A stretch of DNA of 64,000 nt, from the IMG/VR virus record IMGVR_UViG_3300045988_131485. One strand, written 5' to 3'. Position 1 is the first letter of the stretch; the number at the start of each line of letters is the position of its first letter. Below, piece after piece: positions 52,101-61,668 of the stretch. Under the pieces are notes generated by a model. That model did no database searches and was not told the DNA's origin. It was given only the letters and a program-made list of their open reading frames with translations. The translations under genes were made by a program, and so were the position numbers. Source of the stretch: a virus.

Positions 52101-52509
52101 CGGCCAGCCAGCTAAAAGCTATACCTTTACCGATTTGCCCGGATTACTTCGGTATTTGGAAGTGATGGTCAGGGATATGCACATTCAGGATTTCGACCTG
52201 AAAAGCAAAATGCAAATCCAGTTGGAAAATCTGGGCTATATCGACCTAACCACCAATAAAAAAGAAGATCAGCGAAAACTGGTTATTCTGGATATCTACC
52301 CCTTGCGGAGCAAGAAAACCAAAGAGATTTGGGCTTACGCCTTGCAGGTGCGGTCGATTGGCACGGGAAAAACAAATCGGTGGACAATCTACTCAGAACT
52401 CTACGATCGCAAACCGCTTCAACGCTACGATACCATTTATGTTCCTATGAATGGATGGGGCGAGCGGCGTGGGTATCTGTATTTGTACAACTACGACTAT
52501 GTAATTTAG
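49141..52509 (+). CDS. dnaE: DNA polymerase III alpha subunit (PHP domain plus polymerase core)
   Basis: YHVHTELSLLDS, FTEHGN, GTDTH PHP motifs; IGDIDIDV; about 1120 aa; TTG 49141 after GGAGGTG (the ORF track starts at 49117). Confidence 0.9.
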   Translation: MSGNYTAYHVHTELSLLDSATKFEDYIAKAVELGQTAIAFTEHGNIYQWVAKKMACDKAGLKYLHGCEVYLTEKLLLTDPRTGEQNKVRDNYHTILIAKNYAGLQEMNELISRSNQGDHFYYKPRITFDEFLGISSNVIKISACLASPLNRMSITHPMYERLLKHYDYLEIQAHDHPEQVAYNRHLAEMSQKYGIPLIAGTDTHSLNKYKAECRTILQLSKHIEFADEDTFDLTYKSYDELVAMFATQDALPEAMYLEAIENTNRMADSVEPFELDISFKYPILYGERDREVLHQVLDDNLQAKIKEGAITPEQIEPFKAAIAEECRVFDKIEMSGFMLFMSELVTWCKSHGIPIGFNRGSCGGSRVAYVTNTTDLNPETWHTVFSRFCNEDRKEIGDIDIDVSPSQRDLVYDYIINRFGQEKTAFILAIGTIKSKGCIDEICRALALRWNREHQRDEKEFRRVMAQLKDENAKIVFGDARDGFSLYFFDEAGNLLLPSRMKDIPRAELIKQFSKEYTKLKEENERIFAKNPWAGKASANIKKEFEADEAAAREKYPEVFYYYDGLLDVAISQSMHPAGIVASPITLRDNYGTFISDGKEILQIDMECVHEVSLVKYDILGLKNIEIIKDAYELLGKPYPKSHEINWNDEAVWKDMLRSPIGIFQFEGEFAFQMLRQYEPHSIFDMSLVTAALRPSGASYRDDLMQHKPHKNPSPIIDELLADNNGYLIYQEDVIKFLQQICGFSGSDADNTRRAIGRKDEERLKKALPQILEGYCEKSPQSREVAEQEAKEFLQIIQDASSYMFGYNHSVGYCMIGYLCAYLRYYHPYEFITAYLNNANGEEDVKNGNELATLYGIRIVPPRFGLSKDKYLLNTEEKVIAKGISSVKYMNADVANELYELAKAGKPESFMDLLMQLDEKTHLDTRQRDILVKIDYFAEYGNSKELLRMVNFFSFFKSGTMKKISKDKVTAELEPIIAQYATDKSKSGQPAKSYTFTDLPGLLRYLEVMVRDMHIQDFDLKSKMQIQLENLGYIDLTTNKKEDQRKLVILDIYPLRSKKTKEIWAYALQVRSIGTGKTNRWTIYSELYDRKPLQRYDTIYVPMNGWGERRGYLYLYNYDYVI

Positions 52510-52521
52510 GAGGCATTTTCA

Positions 52522-53109
52522 ATGTACGAGACGAAATCGAAATGGTTCAAGAAAGTTCTCAGGGCGACGCTGTGTTTCTTGGTAGTCTGCGGATCTCTGA
52601 GTGCAATGCTGTTCGTCCCGAACAAAGAGGAGGAAACACCACAAGTCCCCATCGAAAAGGAACTTTGTGTTTACTCTGCGCCGCTTCAAGTGTCGCCTAC
52701 ACCTACGCCTATTTCTATTGAGGAAGAACCGGCAGAACCCGAGGCAGACCTTAACCCATATGCAGAACTGTCACCCACGGATACCGAAAAAGAGCTGCTG
52801 GCGTGTATGGCCTACAGCGAGGCAGGAAACCAGAGCTTTGATGGTCAGGTTGCCGTGGTGCAGGTAGCGCTTAACCGCTATATGCACGAAGCGTATTCCG
52901 GCAGCATCAGTGATATTCTCTTCTCACCTTGTCAGTTTGTGGTAGGAGATTACTATGGGTCTGTGCAGATGGAAGCAGTAGATGCTGCTCTTGCCGGCCA
53001 TCCAGCGTTGGATTTGAATACCGACGTAGTGTACTTCTCTACTGGATCTTTGACCTATGGTAGCTATTATAAGACGATCGGCGATCACGTCTTTCGCACT
53101 TATATTTGA
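52522..53109 (+). CDS. SleB-type cell wall hydrolase with an N-terminal membrane anchor
   Basis: LLACMAYSEAGNQSFDGQVAVVQVALNR...PCQF. Confidence 0.7.
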   Translation: MYETKSKWFKKVLRATLCFLVVCGSLSAMLFVPNKEEETPQVPIEKELCVYSAPLQVSPTPTPISIEEEPAEPEADLNPYAELSPTDTEKELLACMAYSEAGNQSFDGQVAVVQVALNRYMHEAYSGSISDILFSPCQFVVGDYYGSVQMEAVDAALAGHPALDLNTDVVYFSTGSLTYGSYYKTIGDHVFRTYI

Positions 53110-53128
53110 TAGCAGCAAAGTAAATTAA
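53110..53128 (+). repeat. leader motif copy
   Basis: TAGCAGCAAAGTAAATTAA, then acAAGGAGG. Confidence 0.5.
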
Positions 53129-53143
53129 ACAAGGAGGATCAAC

Positions 53144-53824
53144 ATGGGAACAGTTACAATTCAGCGATTCACCTATAAGAATCCTATTTCCATGATCGGT
53201 GAGGAAGCTGGTGTCTGCTGGGGTGCAGATACCAGCGACCCCGAAAAAAACTACAAACGCGGCTTGGATTGCTTGGAAAACGAGCACGGCAGAACGTTTG
53301 AGTTCCCGGATGTCTATATGATCCTGGACGGCTATTCTGCCAGAGTGATCCGTGAGTGGTATACCCACATCGGCGGCGCTCCCACCAGACTACAGGCCAG
53401 TACCAGATACATCGACTATGAAAGCGGTTTCGATTATGTAACACCGCCCAGCATTGCGGGTAACTCCGCCGCCGTCAAAGTCTACGACTGGATTATGAAG
53501 TGTATCCAGACTGGCTTGAAGATGTTGGAAGGGTTTGGTATCCCCAGAGAGGATTCTGCGCTTGGGCTTCCTCTGGGCATGGGCACCAAGATTGTGTGCA
53601 AGCATAATCTCCGCAACCTAATTGATATGTCGCATCAGCGGGAATGCAGCAGAGCTTATCACGAGTACCGTGGCCTGTTCGCTGATGTTGGCAACGCTCT
53701 GAGAGAGTATTCCGACGAGTGGGCATATCTGGTCGATCACTACTTTATGCCGAAGTGTGAATACTTCGGGTTCTGCCGGGAGAAGAAGTCCTGCGGCAGA
53801 AAAGGAAGGAGAGCTGCGGAATGA
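53144..53824 (+). CDS. thyX: ThyX-like flavin-dependent thymidylate synthase (divergent)
   Basis: HGRTFEF...SARVIREWYTHIGG...ASTRYI in place of the RHR..S..S.RY signature; later HQRECSRAYHEYR. Confidence 0.65.
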   Translation: MGTVTIQRFTYKNPISMIGEEAGVCWGADTSDPEKNYKRGLDCLENEHGRTFEFPDVYMILDGYSARVIREWYTHIGGAPTRLQASTRYIDYESGFDYVTPPSIAGNSAAVKVYDWIMKCIQTGLKMLEGFGIPREDSALGLPLGMGTKIVCKHNLRNLIDMSHQRECSRAYHEYRGLFADVGNALREYSDEWAYLVDHYFMPKCEYFGFCREKKSCGRKGRRAAE

Positions 53825-54384
53825 AAATCGTTTGCATTTCGGGTAAAGCCCAGCACGGTAAAGACACTACCGCCAAACTTTTGGAGGAGATTTTGGAAGC
53901 CCAAGGCAACCGTGTTTTGATTGCCCACTACGGCGATCTGGTCAAGTACGTATGTAAGACCTTCTTTGGCTGGGACGGCAAGAAGGATGAAAAGGGACGC
54001 ACGCTTCTCCAGCGTGTCGGTACTGACAAAATCCGCGCTGTCTCTCCTGATTATTGGGTAGATTTCATCGTCAGTATCCTCGACATCTTCTGCGACGAAT
54101 GGGATTACGTGCTTATCCCTGATACTCGTTTCCCCAACGAGTATGAGATCTACGAGACCTACGGCATGGACGCTATTTTGTTGCGGGTAGTTCGCCCCAA
54201 CTTCGTGTCTCCGTTGACCGAAGAGCAGCAGAAGCACGCTTCGGAGACTGCATTGGACGATTACCAGTACGACGCTACGATCGTCAACAGCGGCAGTTTG
54301 GAAGATCTCAAAGAGGCCGTAAACAACTTTGTGAACAACGCTCTCAAAGGAGAACTCCATGAAGAAACTGACAATTCTGTTTGA
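53821..54384 (+). CDS. deoxynucleoside monophosphate kinase-like P-loop protein
   Basis: VCISGKAQHGKDT Walker A; lies in a nucleotide-metabolism context. Confidence 0.55.
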   Translation: MKIVCISGKAQHGKDTTAKLLEEILEAQGNRVLIAHYGDLVKYVCKTFFGWDGKKDEKGRTLLQRVGTDKIRAVSPDYWVDFIVSILDIFCDEWDYVLIPDTRFPNEYEIYETYGMDAILLRVVRPNFVSPLTEEQQKHASETALDDYQYDATIVNSGSLEDLKEAVNNFVNNALKGELHEETDNSV

Positions 54385-54910
54385 TGCCGACGATACCGTA
54401 GAAAACCTGAGTGATTGCTGGATTGCAATGTTGAACGAGCGTTATGGTACCTCCGTAACGCCGGAAGATGTTCACGGCTGGGATATCTCCCTTGCTTTCC
54501 CCACGCTGACGAAAGAGCAGGTATTCGGTGTACTCCATGATGACGAGCTTTGGCGGCGTATCACTCCGATCCCCGGCTCTGTTGAGGTACTCCAAAAGCT
54601 CTATGACGAGGGGCACCAGCTCTATATGGTGACTGCATCCAGCTATCACACCTGCAAAACGAAGGTGGAGCGGCTTTTAGAGCTGTTCCCCTTCCTGGAC
54701 TGGGAGCACATCATTTTTGCCTGCAACAAGCAAATGGTGCGTGGTGACGTTTTGATTGACGATGCCCCACACAACTTGGTTGGGGGCGAATACGCCAAAA
54801 TTCTTTTTGACCGTCCCCATAATCGTAGCTTTGACCATGTAGCTCATGATGCACTCCGGGTAAACACGTGGGAAGAAATTGACCAAGTTATCCACAGCTA
54901 TCTTTTGTAA
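54359..54910 (+). CDS. 5-prime(3-prime)-deoxyribonucleotidase (HAD, NT5C-like)
   Basis: ILFDADDTVENL (DxDxT/V). Confidence 0.6.
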   Translation: MKKLTILFDADDTVENLSDCWIAMLNERYGTSVTPEDVHGWDISLAFPTLTKEQVFGVLHDDELWRRITPIPGSVEVLQKLYDEGHQLYMVTASSYHTCKTKVERLLELFPFLDWEHIIFACNKQMVRGDVLIDDAPHNLVGGEYAKILFDRPHNRSFDHVAHDALRVNTWEEIDQVIHSYLL

Positions 54911-54922
54911 GGAGGAATTTTT

Positions 54923-57217
54923 ATGGTTGTCATTAAACGTGATGGCCGTGAAGCCGACTTTGACAAAGGCAAAATTGCCAACGCCATTCTCAAGGCATTC
55001 ACGGAGGTTGAAAAGCTCAGTGCGGTAGGAGATAAGAACGAGGTGCCCAAGAAAATCTCCACCCGTTTGTATAACCGCTATCAGCGGCGCAACCGTGCGA
55101 TTTCTGTTGAGGAAATCCAGGACGACGTTGAAACTGAGCTGATGAAAGAGGGCGAGTTCGTAGTCGCCAAAGCGTACATCAAGTATCGCTATGAACATGA
55201 GCTTCTGCGGAACGCTTCTTCTCTGGACGGCAAAATCCTCTCTATTGCGGATAACGTCAATGAAACAGTCATCCAGGAGAACAGCAACAAAAATCCCACA
55301 ATCCTCTCTACTCAGAGAGACTACATCGCCGGCGAGGTAAGCCGCGATATTACTGACCGTCTGCTTATGCCGGATGACATTAAGCAGGCGCACGAAGAGG
55401 GTGTTATCCACTTCCATGACAGTGACTACTTTGTGCAGCACATGATGAACTGCTGTCTGATCAATCTGGAAGATATGCTCCAGAACGGCACAGTTATTTC
55501 CGGTACCTTGATTGAAAAGCCTCACTCCTTCTCAACTGCCTGCAACGTCGCTACCCAGATCATTGCTCAGGTAGCCAGCAATCAGTATGGCGGTCAGTCT
55601 ATCTCCCTGTCCCACCTTGCCCCCTTTGTTGAGGTGAGCCGGCAAAAGATTCGCAAGCAGGTAGAGGCTGAGTTCCTGAAAATTTCTTCCCCGGACAACT
55701 TTGCAGACCCTGAGAAAGTGATCTCTGATCTGGTCGAAGAGCGTGTCCGTGAAGAAGTAAAGAAGGGCGTTCAGACTATCCAGTATCAAGTGATTACTCT
55801 CATGACCACCAACGGTCAGGCTCCGTTCATTACTGTCTTTATGTATCTGAACGAGGTCAGCGATCCTCAAACCAAGAAAGACCTCGCTATGATTATCGAA
55901 GAAGTCGTGCGGCAGCGGTATCAAGGCGTCAAAAATGAGAAGGGCGTTTGGACAACCCCGGCGTTCCCCAAGCTGATCTATGTGCTGGAAGAGGATAACA
56001 TCACCGAGGATTCTCCCTACTGGTATTTGACCCAGCTGTGTGCCAAGTGCTCTGCCAAACGGCTGGTGCCCGACTACATCTCCGAAAAGAAGATGCGCGA
56101 GTACAAGCTGTCAAAGGGCGAAACCGAAGGTAACGGCGATTGCTATACCTGTATGGGATGCCGTAGCTTCTTGACACCCGACCGCTCCGGTAACGGCTGG
56201 GACAATGTTGCCAATGCCGGCAATTACCAGCCCGATAAGCCCAAGTATTACGGGCGTTTCAACCAGGGAGTCGTCACCATCAACCTCCCCGATGTTGCTC
56301 TGAGCGCTCTGAAAGTTTGGGAGGCAACCGGCGACCATAACGACATCCAGAATTTGTATGACACCTTCTGGGAGATTTTCGATGAGCGGCTGGAGCTGTG
56401 TCATAAGGCGCTGCAAATCCGTCACGAGCGTTTGAGTGGTACTCTGTCCGATGCTTCTCCTATCCACTGGCAGTACGGCGCTTTGGCCCGCCTGAAAAAG
56501 GGCGAAACCATCGACAAGCTGCTTCACGGCGGCTACTCCACCATCTCTTTGGGTTATGCCGGCCTATACGAATGTGTTATGGCGATGACTGGCAAGAGCC
56601 ATACCGACCCGGACGGAGAGCCTTTTGCACTCAAGGTTATGCAGTACATGAACGACAAGTGCGCTGCATGGAAAGCCGCTGAGGATATCGACTACTCTCT
56701 CTACGGTACTCCTATTGAGAGTACCACCTATAAATTTGCTAAGTGTCTGCAAAAGCGCTTTGGTGTGATTGAGGGCATCACCGATAAGGGCTACATCACC
56801 AACTCCTATCACGTTCACGTCACAGAGCATATCAATGCTTTTGATAAGCTGAGATTTGAGTCTCAGTTCCAGAAGCTCTCTCCGGGCGGAGCAATCAGCT
56901 ACATCGAAGTGGCAAACCTCTCTGACAACATCCCCGCCGTACTGACGGTGTTGAAGTACATCTACGACAACATCATGTATGCGGAGCTGAACACGAAATC
57001 CGACTACTGCCAGGTGTGCGGCTGGGATAAGGAAATCGAGATTGTGGACGACGATCGCGGCAAGCTGATTTGGAAGTGCCCCAACTGCGGGAATACCGAT
57101 AAGAGCAAGATGAACATTGCGCGGCGTACCTGCGGCTACATCGGCCTGAATGACTGGAATCAGGGTAGAACGCAAGAAATCAAAGAACGTTATGTCCACC
57201 TGGGTGGCGACGAATGA
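54923..57217 (+). CDS. nrdD: anaerobic ribonucleoside-triphosphate reductase
   Basis: N-terminal ATP-cone (VIKRDGREADFDKGKI); C-terminal zinc site CQVCG..CPNCG; glycyl-radical motif RRTCGYIG. Confidence 0.95.
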   Translation: MVVIKRDGREADFDKGKIANAILKAFTEVEKLSAVGDKNEVPKKISTRLYNRYQRRNRAISVEEIQDDVETELMKEGEFVVAKAYIKYRYEHELLRNASSLDGKILSIADNVNETVIQENSNKNPTILSTQRDYIAGEVSRDITDRLLMPDDIKQAHEEGVIHFHDSDYFVQHMMNCCLINLEDMLQNGTVISGTLIEKPHSFSTACNVATQIIAQVASNQYGGQSISLSHLAPFVEVSRQKIRKQVEAEFLKISSPDNFADPEKVISDLVEERVREEVKKGVQTIQYQVITLMTTNGQAPFITVFMYLNEVSDPQTKKDLAMIIEEVVRQRYQGVKNEKGVWTTPAFPKLIYVLEEDNITEDSPYWYLTQLCAKCSAKRLVPDYISEKKMREYKLSKGETEGNGDCYTCMGCRSFLTPDRSGNGWDNVANAGNYQPDKPKYYGRFNQGVVTINLPDVALSALKVWEATGDHNDIQNLYDTFWEIFDERLELCHKALQIRHERLSGTLSDASPIHWQYGALARLKKGETIDKLLHGGYSTISLGYAGLYECVMAMTGKSHTDPDGEPFALKVMQYMNDKCAAWKAAEDIDYSLYGTPIESTTYKFAKCLQKRFGVIEGITDKGYITNSYHVHVTEHINAFDKLRFESQFQKLSPGGAISYIEVANLSDNIPAVLTVLKYIYDNIMYAELNTKSDYCQVCGWDKEIEIVDDDRGKLIWKCPNCGNTDKSKMNIARRTCGYIGLNDWNQGRTQEIKERYVHLGGDE

Positions 57218-57762
57218 ACTACGCGAAGATCCGCAACTATGACATCGCAAACGGAGAGGGAGTCCGCACCTCCCTCTTCGTAAGCGGATGTACAAATCAC
57301 TGCCCCGGTTGCTTTAATCCAGAGGAGCAGGATTTTAACTGTGGTAGACCATTCACAAAGGAGACTATCGCAGAGATTCACAAAATGCTTGCCAACCCTG
57401 TTATCTCAGGGCTTTCTCTACTTGGCGGAGATCCGCTTTGTCAGGACTACGGTGGGATTCATGATCTCATTGATCTTTGTTTCTACACACATTCAATCGG
57501 TAAAACCGTGTGGCTATGGACTGGATTTATCTGGGAGAACTGTTATAACCCTCTTTTCCCGGATAAAGACGAGGATGATCACCAATTTGCACAAATGGTC
57601 TTGCTTACATCATGTGATGTTGTGATTGACGGCCCCTTCAAAATGGAGCTGTCTGACCGGATGTTGAAATGGCGTGGTTCTGCAAATCAGCGGGTCATCG
57701 ACGTACAGAAAACCTTGCGCCAAAAGAAAATTGTCCTATATGAAGGTGAGCACTATGAATGA
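57214..57762 (+). CDS. nrdG: anaerobic RNR activating radical-SAM protein
   Basis: VSGCTNHCPGCFN; ATGA overlap with nrdD. Confidence 0.9.
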   Translation: MNYAKIRNYDIANGEGVRTSLFVSGCTNHCPGCFNPEEQDFNCGRPFTKETIAEIHKMLANPVISGLSLLGGDPLCQDYGGIHDLIDLCFYTHSIGKTVWLWTGFIWENCYNPLFPDKDEDDHQFAQMVLLTSCDVVIDGPFKMELSDRMLKWRGSANQRVIDVQKTLRQKKIVLYEGEHYE

Positions 57763-58078
57763 AAAGATCGAATTTCGCTGTCCCAAATGCGGGAAGCTCC
57801 TGGACAGTATTACACTGGATTATCGGTTAAAGTGGCTATGTAGCAAATGTGCCGAGGATCAATCTGATGTTCTGCACTGTGAGCGTGGATGTAAGGTTAA
57901 AGCCGTGGATCTGGACGCCGGGTTGAGCTGTGATTCCAAACAGGCTCATGAGCTTTTGACAGAAGGTCAGGTTTACGAGGTTGAAAAGATTCATGTCGGT
58001 GGTTGGTGCTCCTCTATCCGGCTCAAAGAGTTTCCCGGTAAAGAGTTTAACACCGTACACTTCATTCGTTACGAATAG
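57755..58078 (+). CDS. zinc-ribbon protein
   Basis: ATG 57755 after GAAGGTGAG; CPKCG...CSKC. Confidence 0.55.
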   Translation: MNEKIEFRCPKCGKLLDSITLDYRLKWLCSKCAEDQSDVLHCERGCKVKAVDLDAGLSCDSKQAHELLTEGQVYEVEKIHVGGWCSSIRLKEFPGKEFNTVHFIRYE

Positions 58079-58086
58079 GAGGAAAT

Positions 58087-58593
58087 ATGGAGACTGTTGA
58101 AATTTTAGCAGGTGGCGAATTTGCCAATGCCGTAAAAAGTCTTGGCCTGACATCTGCCGTGTGTGCTTACCATTATCAGCCTCAGCCTACGCATTGGCGT
58201 GAAGAATACCAAGTTTGGCTGTTGTCCAAAGAGGATTTTGACAATATCTGTGCTATCGACAACGATGACTGGAAGGACGATTGGGGCTGGTGGCGTCACG
58301 CTTATGGTTCTAATCTGGGCACTGTTGACTGCGCCTATATTATCAATGGTGAAAAGCTGATGGCGTGGGATGGTCTTCAGCGTAAAGAGTGGTGTCAGGA
58401 TTGCAGTGATTGCGCTGGCACCGAAAAGGACAAGGACGAATGCTTTCACGACCATCAGTACCCCGACATTCTCATCTATCTTTGCGATGAAATTGGGGCT
58501 TCTACCGAGCGCAATGTTTGCGCTTGCACGATTGATCTGGCACGGCAAAACAACCTAACCCTTGCAGAGCTTTTCAAAAAGTATTTGGGATAG
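58087..58593 (+). CDS. hypothetical protein
   Basis: AGGAGG SD. Confidence 0.65.
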   Translation: METVEILAGGEFANAVKSLGLTSAVCAYHYQPQPTHWREEYQVWLLSKEDFDNICAIDNDDWKDDWGWWRHAYGSNLGTVDCAYIINGEKLMAWDGLQRKEWCQDCSDCAGTEKDKDECFHDHQYPDILIYLCDEIGASTERNVCACTIDLARQNNLTLAELFKKYLG

Positions 58594-58653
58594 GTCGTGT
58601 AAAAAACAGTATCATCCGCACAACAAAACTATCAAATTGGGAGGCAAACGAAA

Positions 58654-59679
58654 ATGCTCATCATTAACCTTTTTGGCGCTCCCGGTGCTGGTAAATCCAC
58701 CGGAGCTGCCTATGTCTTCTCTCAGCTGAAAGCTGCCGGCGTTAATGCCGAGCTTGTCACCGAGTTCGCCAAAGATAAGGTATGGGAAGGGACAAAGGCC
58801 GTTTTCGAGAATCAGGCATACATCTTTGGCAAGCAGTATTTCCGCATCAGCCGGCTTGAGGGCAAGGTCGATGTGGTGATTACCGATTCACCTATCCTGC
58901 TCTCTGCGTTCTATAACGACAACGACCACGTGCTGGGTGAAGAGTTCGACAAACTGGTTTTCAAAGTCTTCGATTACTATAACCGCATCGACGTGTTTGT
59001 TCATCGGGTGAAACCCTATAACGAAGCAGGACGCTTCCAGACCGAGGAAGAGAGCGATGCAATCAGCAAAGAAATGCTGCGTTTCTTGGACAAGTTCGGT
59101 GTTGACTGTCTGCACATCAACGGCGATTTCGCAGGATATGACAGCCTGGTTGATACCGTACTGGACGCTTTGGCAGCAGACGGCAAGCCTTTTGTCTGCC
59201 CGCATCCTTCTGATGTCTGCCCGCGCCCTTCTGATTCGGCAGAGGCGCTAACAATTAAGGTGCGCTATCTCAGCGATAAAATCCAACCATTGGAATATAT
59301 CGACGGCAAGTCTGACTGGGTTGACCTTCGGGCAGCTGAGGATGTTGAGCTGAAGGCTGGTGAGTTCAAGCTGATCCCCCTGGGAATTGCTATGCAGCTT
59401 CCCAAGGGTTATGAAGCAATCGTAGCCCCTCGCAGCTCAACCTATAAGAATTTCGGTATTCGTCAAACCAACAGCATCGGCGTAATCGACGAGACTTACT
59501 GTGGTGACAACGACCAGTGGTATTTCCCCGCCCGTGCAGACCGCCATACCGTTATTCATGTCGGCGATCGTATCTGTCAGTTTCGCATTGAGAAGCACCA
59601 GCCCCAGCTGTTTTTCGAGCCGGTCGATACGCTGGGCAACGCTGATCGAGGCGGTATCGGCTCTACGGGAAAGAGGTGA
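58654..59679 (+). CDS. P-loop kinase-like domain fused to dUTPase
   Basis: [11 protein letters not shown] Walker A; linker [13 protein letters not shown]; dUTPase motifs [25 protein letters not shown]. Confidence 0.8.
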   Translation: MLIINLFGAPGAGKSTGAAYVFSQLKAAGVNAELVTEFAKDKVWEGTKAVFENQAYIFGKQYFRISRLEGKVDVVITDSPILLSAFYNDNDHVLGEEFDKLVFKVFDYYNRIDVFVHRVKPYNEAGRFQTEEESDAISKEMLRFLDKFGVDCLHINGDFAGYDSLVDTVLDALAADGKPFVCPHPSDVCPRPSDSAEALTIKVRYLSDKIQPLEYIDGKSDWVDLRAAEDVELKAGEFKLIPLGIAMQLPKGYEAIVAPRSSTYKNFGIRQTNSIGVIDETYCGDNDQWYFPARADRHTVIHVGDRICQFRIEKHQPQLFFEPVDTLGNADRGGIGSTGKR

Positions 59680-59729
59680 GCGATGTGCCCCAGTCGAAGA
59701 TCATATGCTTCAATAAGGAGGGCTAAAGT

Positions 59730-59915
59730 GTGAATGAAACACCGATTTCACCCACATCTAAATGGTGTGACAATCAGTCCGTAGACGAGCTGGGCAAAGT
59801 AATCTGCTTGGCCCATCTCGCCGAGGCCAGAGTTCCAGACTGTCCATACAAAAGTAAGGAGGAGCGAGCGAGTGCCAAATATCCTTGCTCCGACTATGAA
59901 GAGGTGAGAACATGA
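59730..59915 (+). CDS. hypothetical small protein
   Basis: GTG start after AAGGAGGG. Confidence 0.5.
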   Translation: MNETPISPTSKWCDNQSVDELGKVICLAHLAEARVPDCPYKSKEERASAKYPCSDYEEVRT

Positions 59916-60220
59916 AAGGTCTATTCCGAAAACGCGGCGGCGGTAAAACGACCGCATTAGTTTACACATCGGCGATAACCGGATATCCGATTGTCGTACC
60001 AACTACCATCAACAAGCGTTACGTAAAAGACGTGGCACGGCGGGCAGGTGTATCTATCCCTGAACCGATTGTTATGTCTGAGGATACCAGAGGCCGTCGA
60101 ATTGGTGGTGTACTCATTGACAACGCCGAAGAAATTATCCGGGCGTATGCTGCAGAGCATTTCAATGCCCCGGTCATAGCCTATACCATAACGGTAGACG
60201 GGGATGGTGATAGCGCATGA
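59912..60220 (+). CDS. hypothetical protein
   Basis: ATGA overlaps at both ends. Confidence 0.6.
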   Translation: MKGLFRKRGGGKTTALVYTSAITGYPIVVPTTINKRYVKDVARRAGVSIPEPIVMSEDTRGRRIGGVLIDNAEEIIRAYAAEHFNAPVIAYTITVDGDGDSA

Positions 60221-61086
60221 GCCTCCTCCCTAATACGGTCATCAATGGCAACTGCTTGGAAGTCATGAAGGAAATTGATGATGCGAGCATTGACATGATC
60301 CTTTGTGATTTGCCTTATGGGGCGACTCAGAACTCATGGGACTCGGTTATCCCGCCTGCTCCGCTCTGGGAGCAGTATGAGCGGATTATCAAACCGAATG
60401 GTGCGATCCTACTATTCGGCCAGGATAAATTTACCGCTACCATGATGCTCTCTAACCCTAAGCTGCACCGCTACAATATCATCTGGGACAAGGTGCTAAA
60501 GAGCGGATTTCTCAACGCCAAGAAAATGCCGCTTAGAGAGCACGAGGATATCATGGTGTTCTACAAATCTCCGCCGCCATATCATCCGCAAATGACAGTT
60601 GGCGAGAAAAACCACACCAAGGGCAAGGCCGTAGGGAAACAGGCGGAAGACGTTCATTCTAACCGGAGCTACGGCAACTATACATTGGTAGAGTCGCCAG
60701 ACGGTAACATGAAGTACCCAGCGTCAATTTGGCGCTTCCCTAAACCCCACCCGTCCGTAGCGCTCCACGCCACTGAAAAACCTGTTGATCTGTTGCGCTA
60801 CGCAATCCGTACTTACACTGACAGGAATGCAATCGTCCTGGATAACTGTTGCGGCACCGGATCTACTCTCATTGCTGCCAAGCTGGAAGGACGCAGATAC
60901 ATTGGGATTGACAATGGTGTGTGTGATAAAAAGAAAAGCCCTTACTATGGAATGCCTTGGGCGCAAGTAGCTCAAATCAGATTGGAGGCGATCGACCATG
61001 AACCTGCCGATGAACCTGAACGACATCGACCTTTGGGAGAAGGAACTACTGAAGGGGTTTGCACTCCCTCTGGGGTTTCTGCCTGA
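60217..61086 (+). CDS. DNA methyltransferase (N4/N6, beta class)
   Basis: ILCDLPYGATQ (motif IV) precedes VLDNCCGTGSTLIAA (motif I). Confidence 0.85.
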   Translation: MSLLPNTVINGNCLEVMKEIDDASIDMILCDLPYGATQNSWDSVIPPAPLWEQYERIIKPNGAILLFGQDKFTATMMLSNPKLHRYNIIWDKVLKSGFLNAKKMPLREHEDIMVFYKSPPPYHPQMTVGEKNHTKGKAVGKQAEDVHSNRSYGNYTLVESPDGNMKYPASIWRFPKPHPSVALHATEKPVDLLRYAIRTYTDRNAIVLDNCCGTGSTLIAAKLEGRRYIGIDNGVCDKKKSPYYGMPWAQVAQIRLEAIDHEPADEPERHRPLGEGTTEGVCTPSGVSA

Positions 61087-61546
61087 AATCGGTGAAGTAG
61101 TGAACATTCTCGAACCGTTCAAAAGACTGACTATTTTTGAGCCGGTCGAAAAAGACGGAGAGACAACCGAAAAGAAAGTCACTGTAGGTATCATATACCG
61201 CTCCGATGGCTTATATGCTTGGGATAACAGCAGAGCTATACCCAACGAATATGACGAGGCTATCAAATGGAGTCCAGCCAGCCAGCTCCCGGAATATGCC
61301 ATTCGGCGTAAGGCTATTGTCACCAAGTTCGAGTACAAGCTGCTTCGATCCTTTACCGCTGATGACATCAAACTTCTTCGGTTGGACTATGCTTCACAAG
61401 ATGATCCCCAGCTTCTTATGGAGGAATATCTGCCCATCAAGAACTTTGAGTTGTTATATGGCTGGTGGAAGCAGCACTATAAAGCGACCCTGAAAGACTG
61501 CGACAATCCACAGGCCATTATCCTCCATCTTGCTTCAACAGACTGA
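60998..61546 (+). CDS. hypothetical protein
   Basis: 182-aa ORF that overlaps the methyltransferase 3-prime end by 89 nt; the true start may lie further downstream. Confidence 0.55.
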   Translation: MNLPMNLNDIDLWEKELLKGFALPLGFLPEIGEVVNILEPFKRLTIFEPVEKDGETTEKKVTVGIIYRSDGLYAWDNSRAIPNEYDEAIKWSPASQLPEYAIRRKAIVTKFEYKLLRSFTADDIKLLRLDYASQDDPQLLMEEYLPIKNFELLYGWWKQHYKATLKDCDNPQAIILHLASTD

Positions 61547-61559
61547 CAACAAACTTCAT

Positions 61560-61578
61560 TAGCAACAAAGAAAATCAC
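61560..61578 (+). repeat. leader motif copy
   Basis: TAGCAACAAAGAAAATCAC. Confidence 0.5.
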
Positions 61579-61588
61579 GGCTTCCCTC

Positions 61589-61617
61589 TTGACAAATTGG
61601 GAGGCCGTGATTATACT
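61589..61617 (+). promoter_or_regulatory. sigma-A-type promoter embedded in a 13-bp hairpin
   Basis: TTGACA - 17 nt - TATACT. The -35 sits in the loop of the hairpin and the spacer forms its 3-prime arm (ATCACGGCTTCCC 61574-61586 / GGGAGGCCGTGAT 61599-61611). Confidence 0.6.
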
Positions 61618-61624
61618 ATGTATA

Positions 61625-61643
61625 TAGCAACAAAGTAAATTAT
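61625..61643 (+). repeat. leader motif copy
   Basis: TAGCAACAAAGTAAATTAT, then tctaccattatAGGAGG. Confidence 0.5.
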
Positions 61644-61668
61644 TCTACCATTATAGGAGGACTGCCAA

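Noticed and set aside
59203-59240. Short tandem repeat CP(H/R)PSD-CPRPSD in the kinase-dUTPase gene
   Set aside because: There are only two imperfect 18-nt units, and they form a plausible interdomain linker. That is not enough to call a repeat feature.
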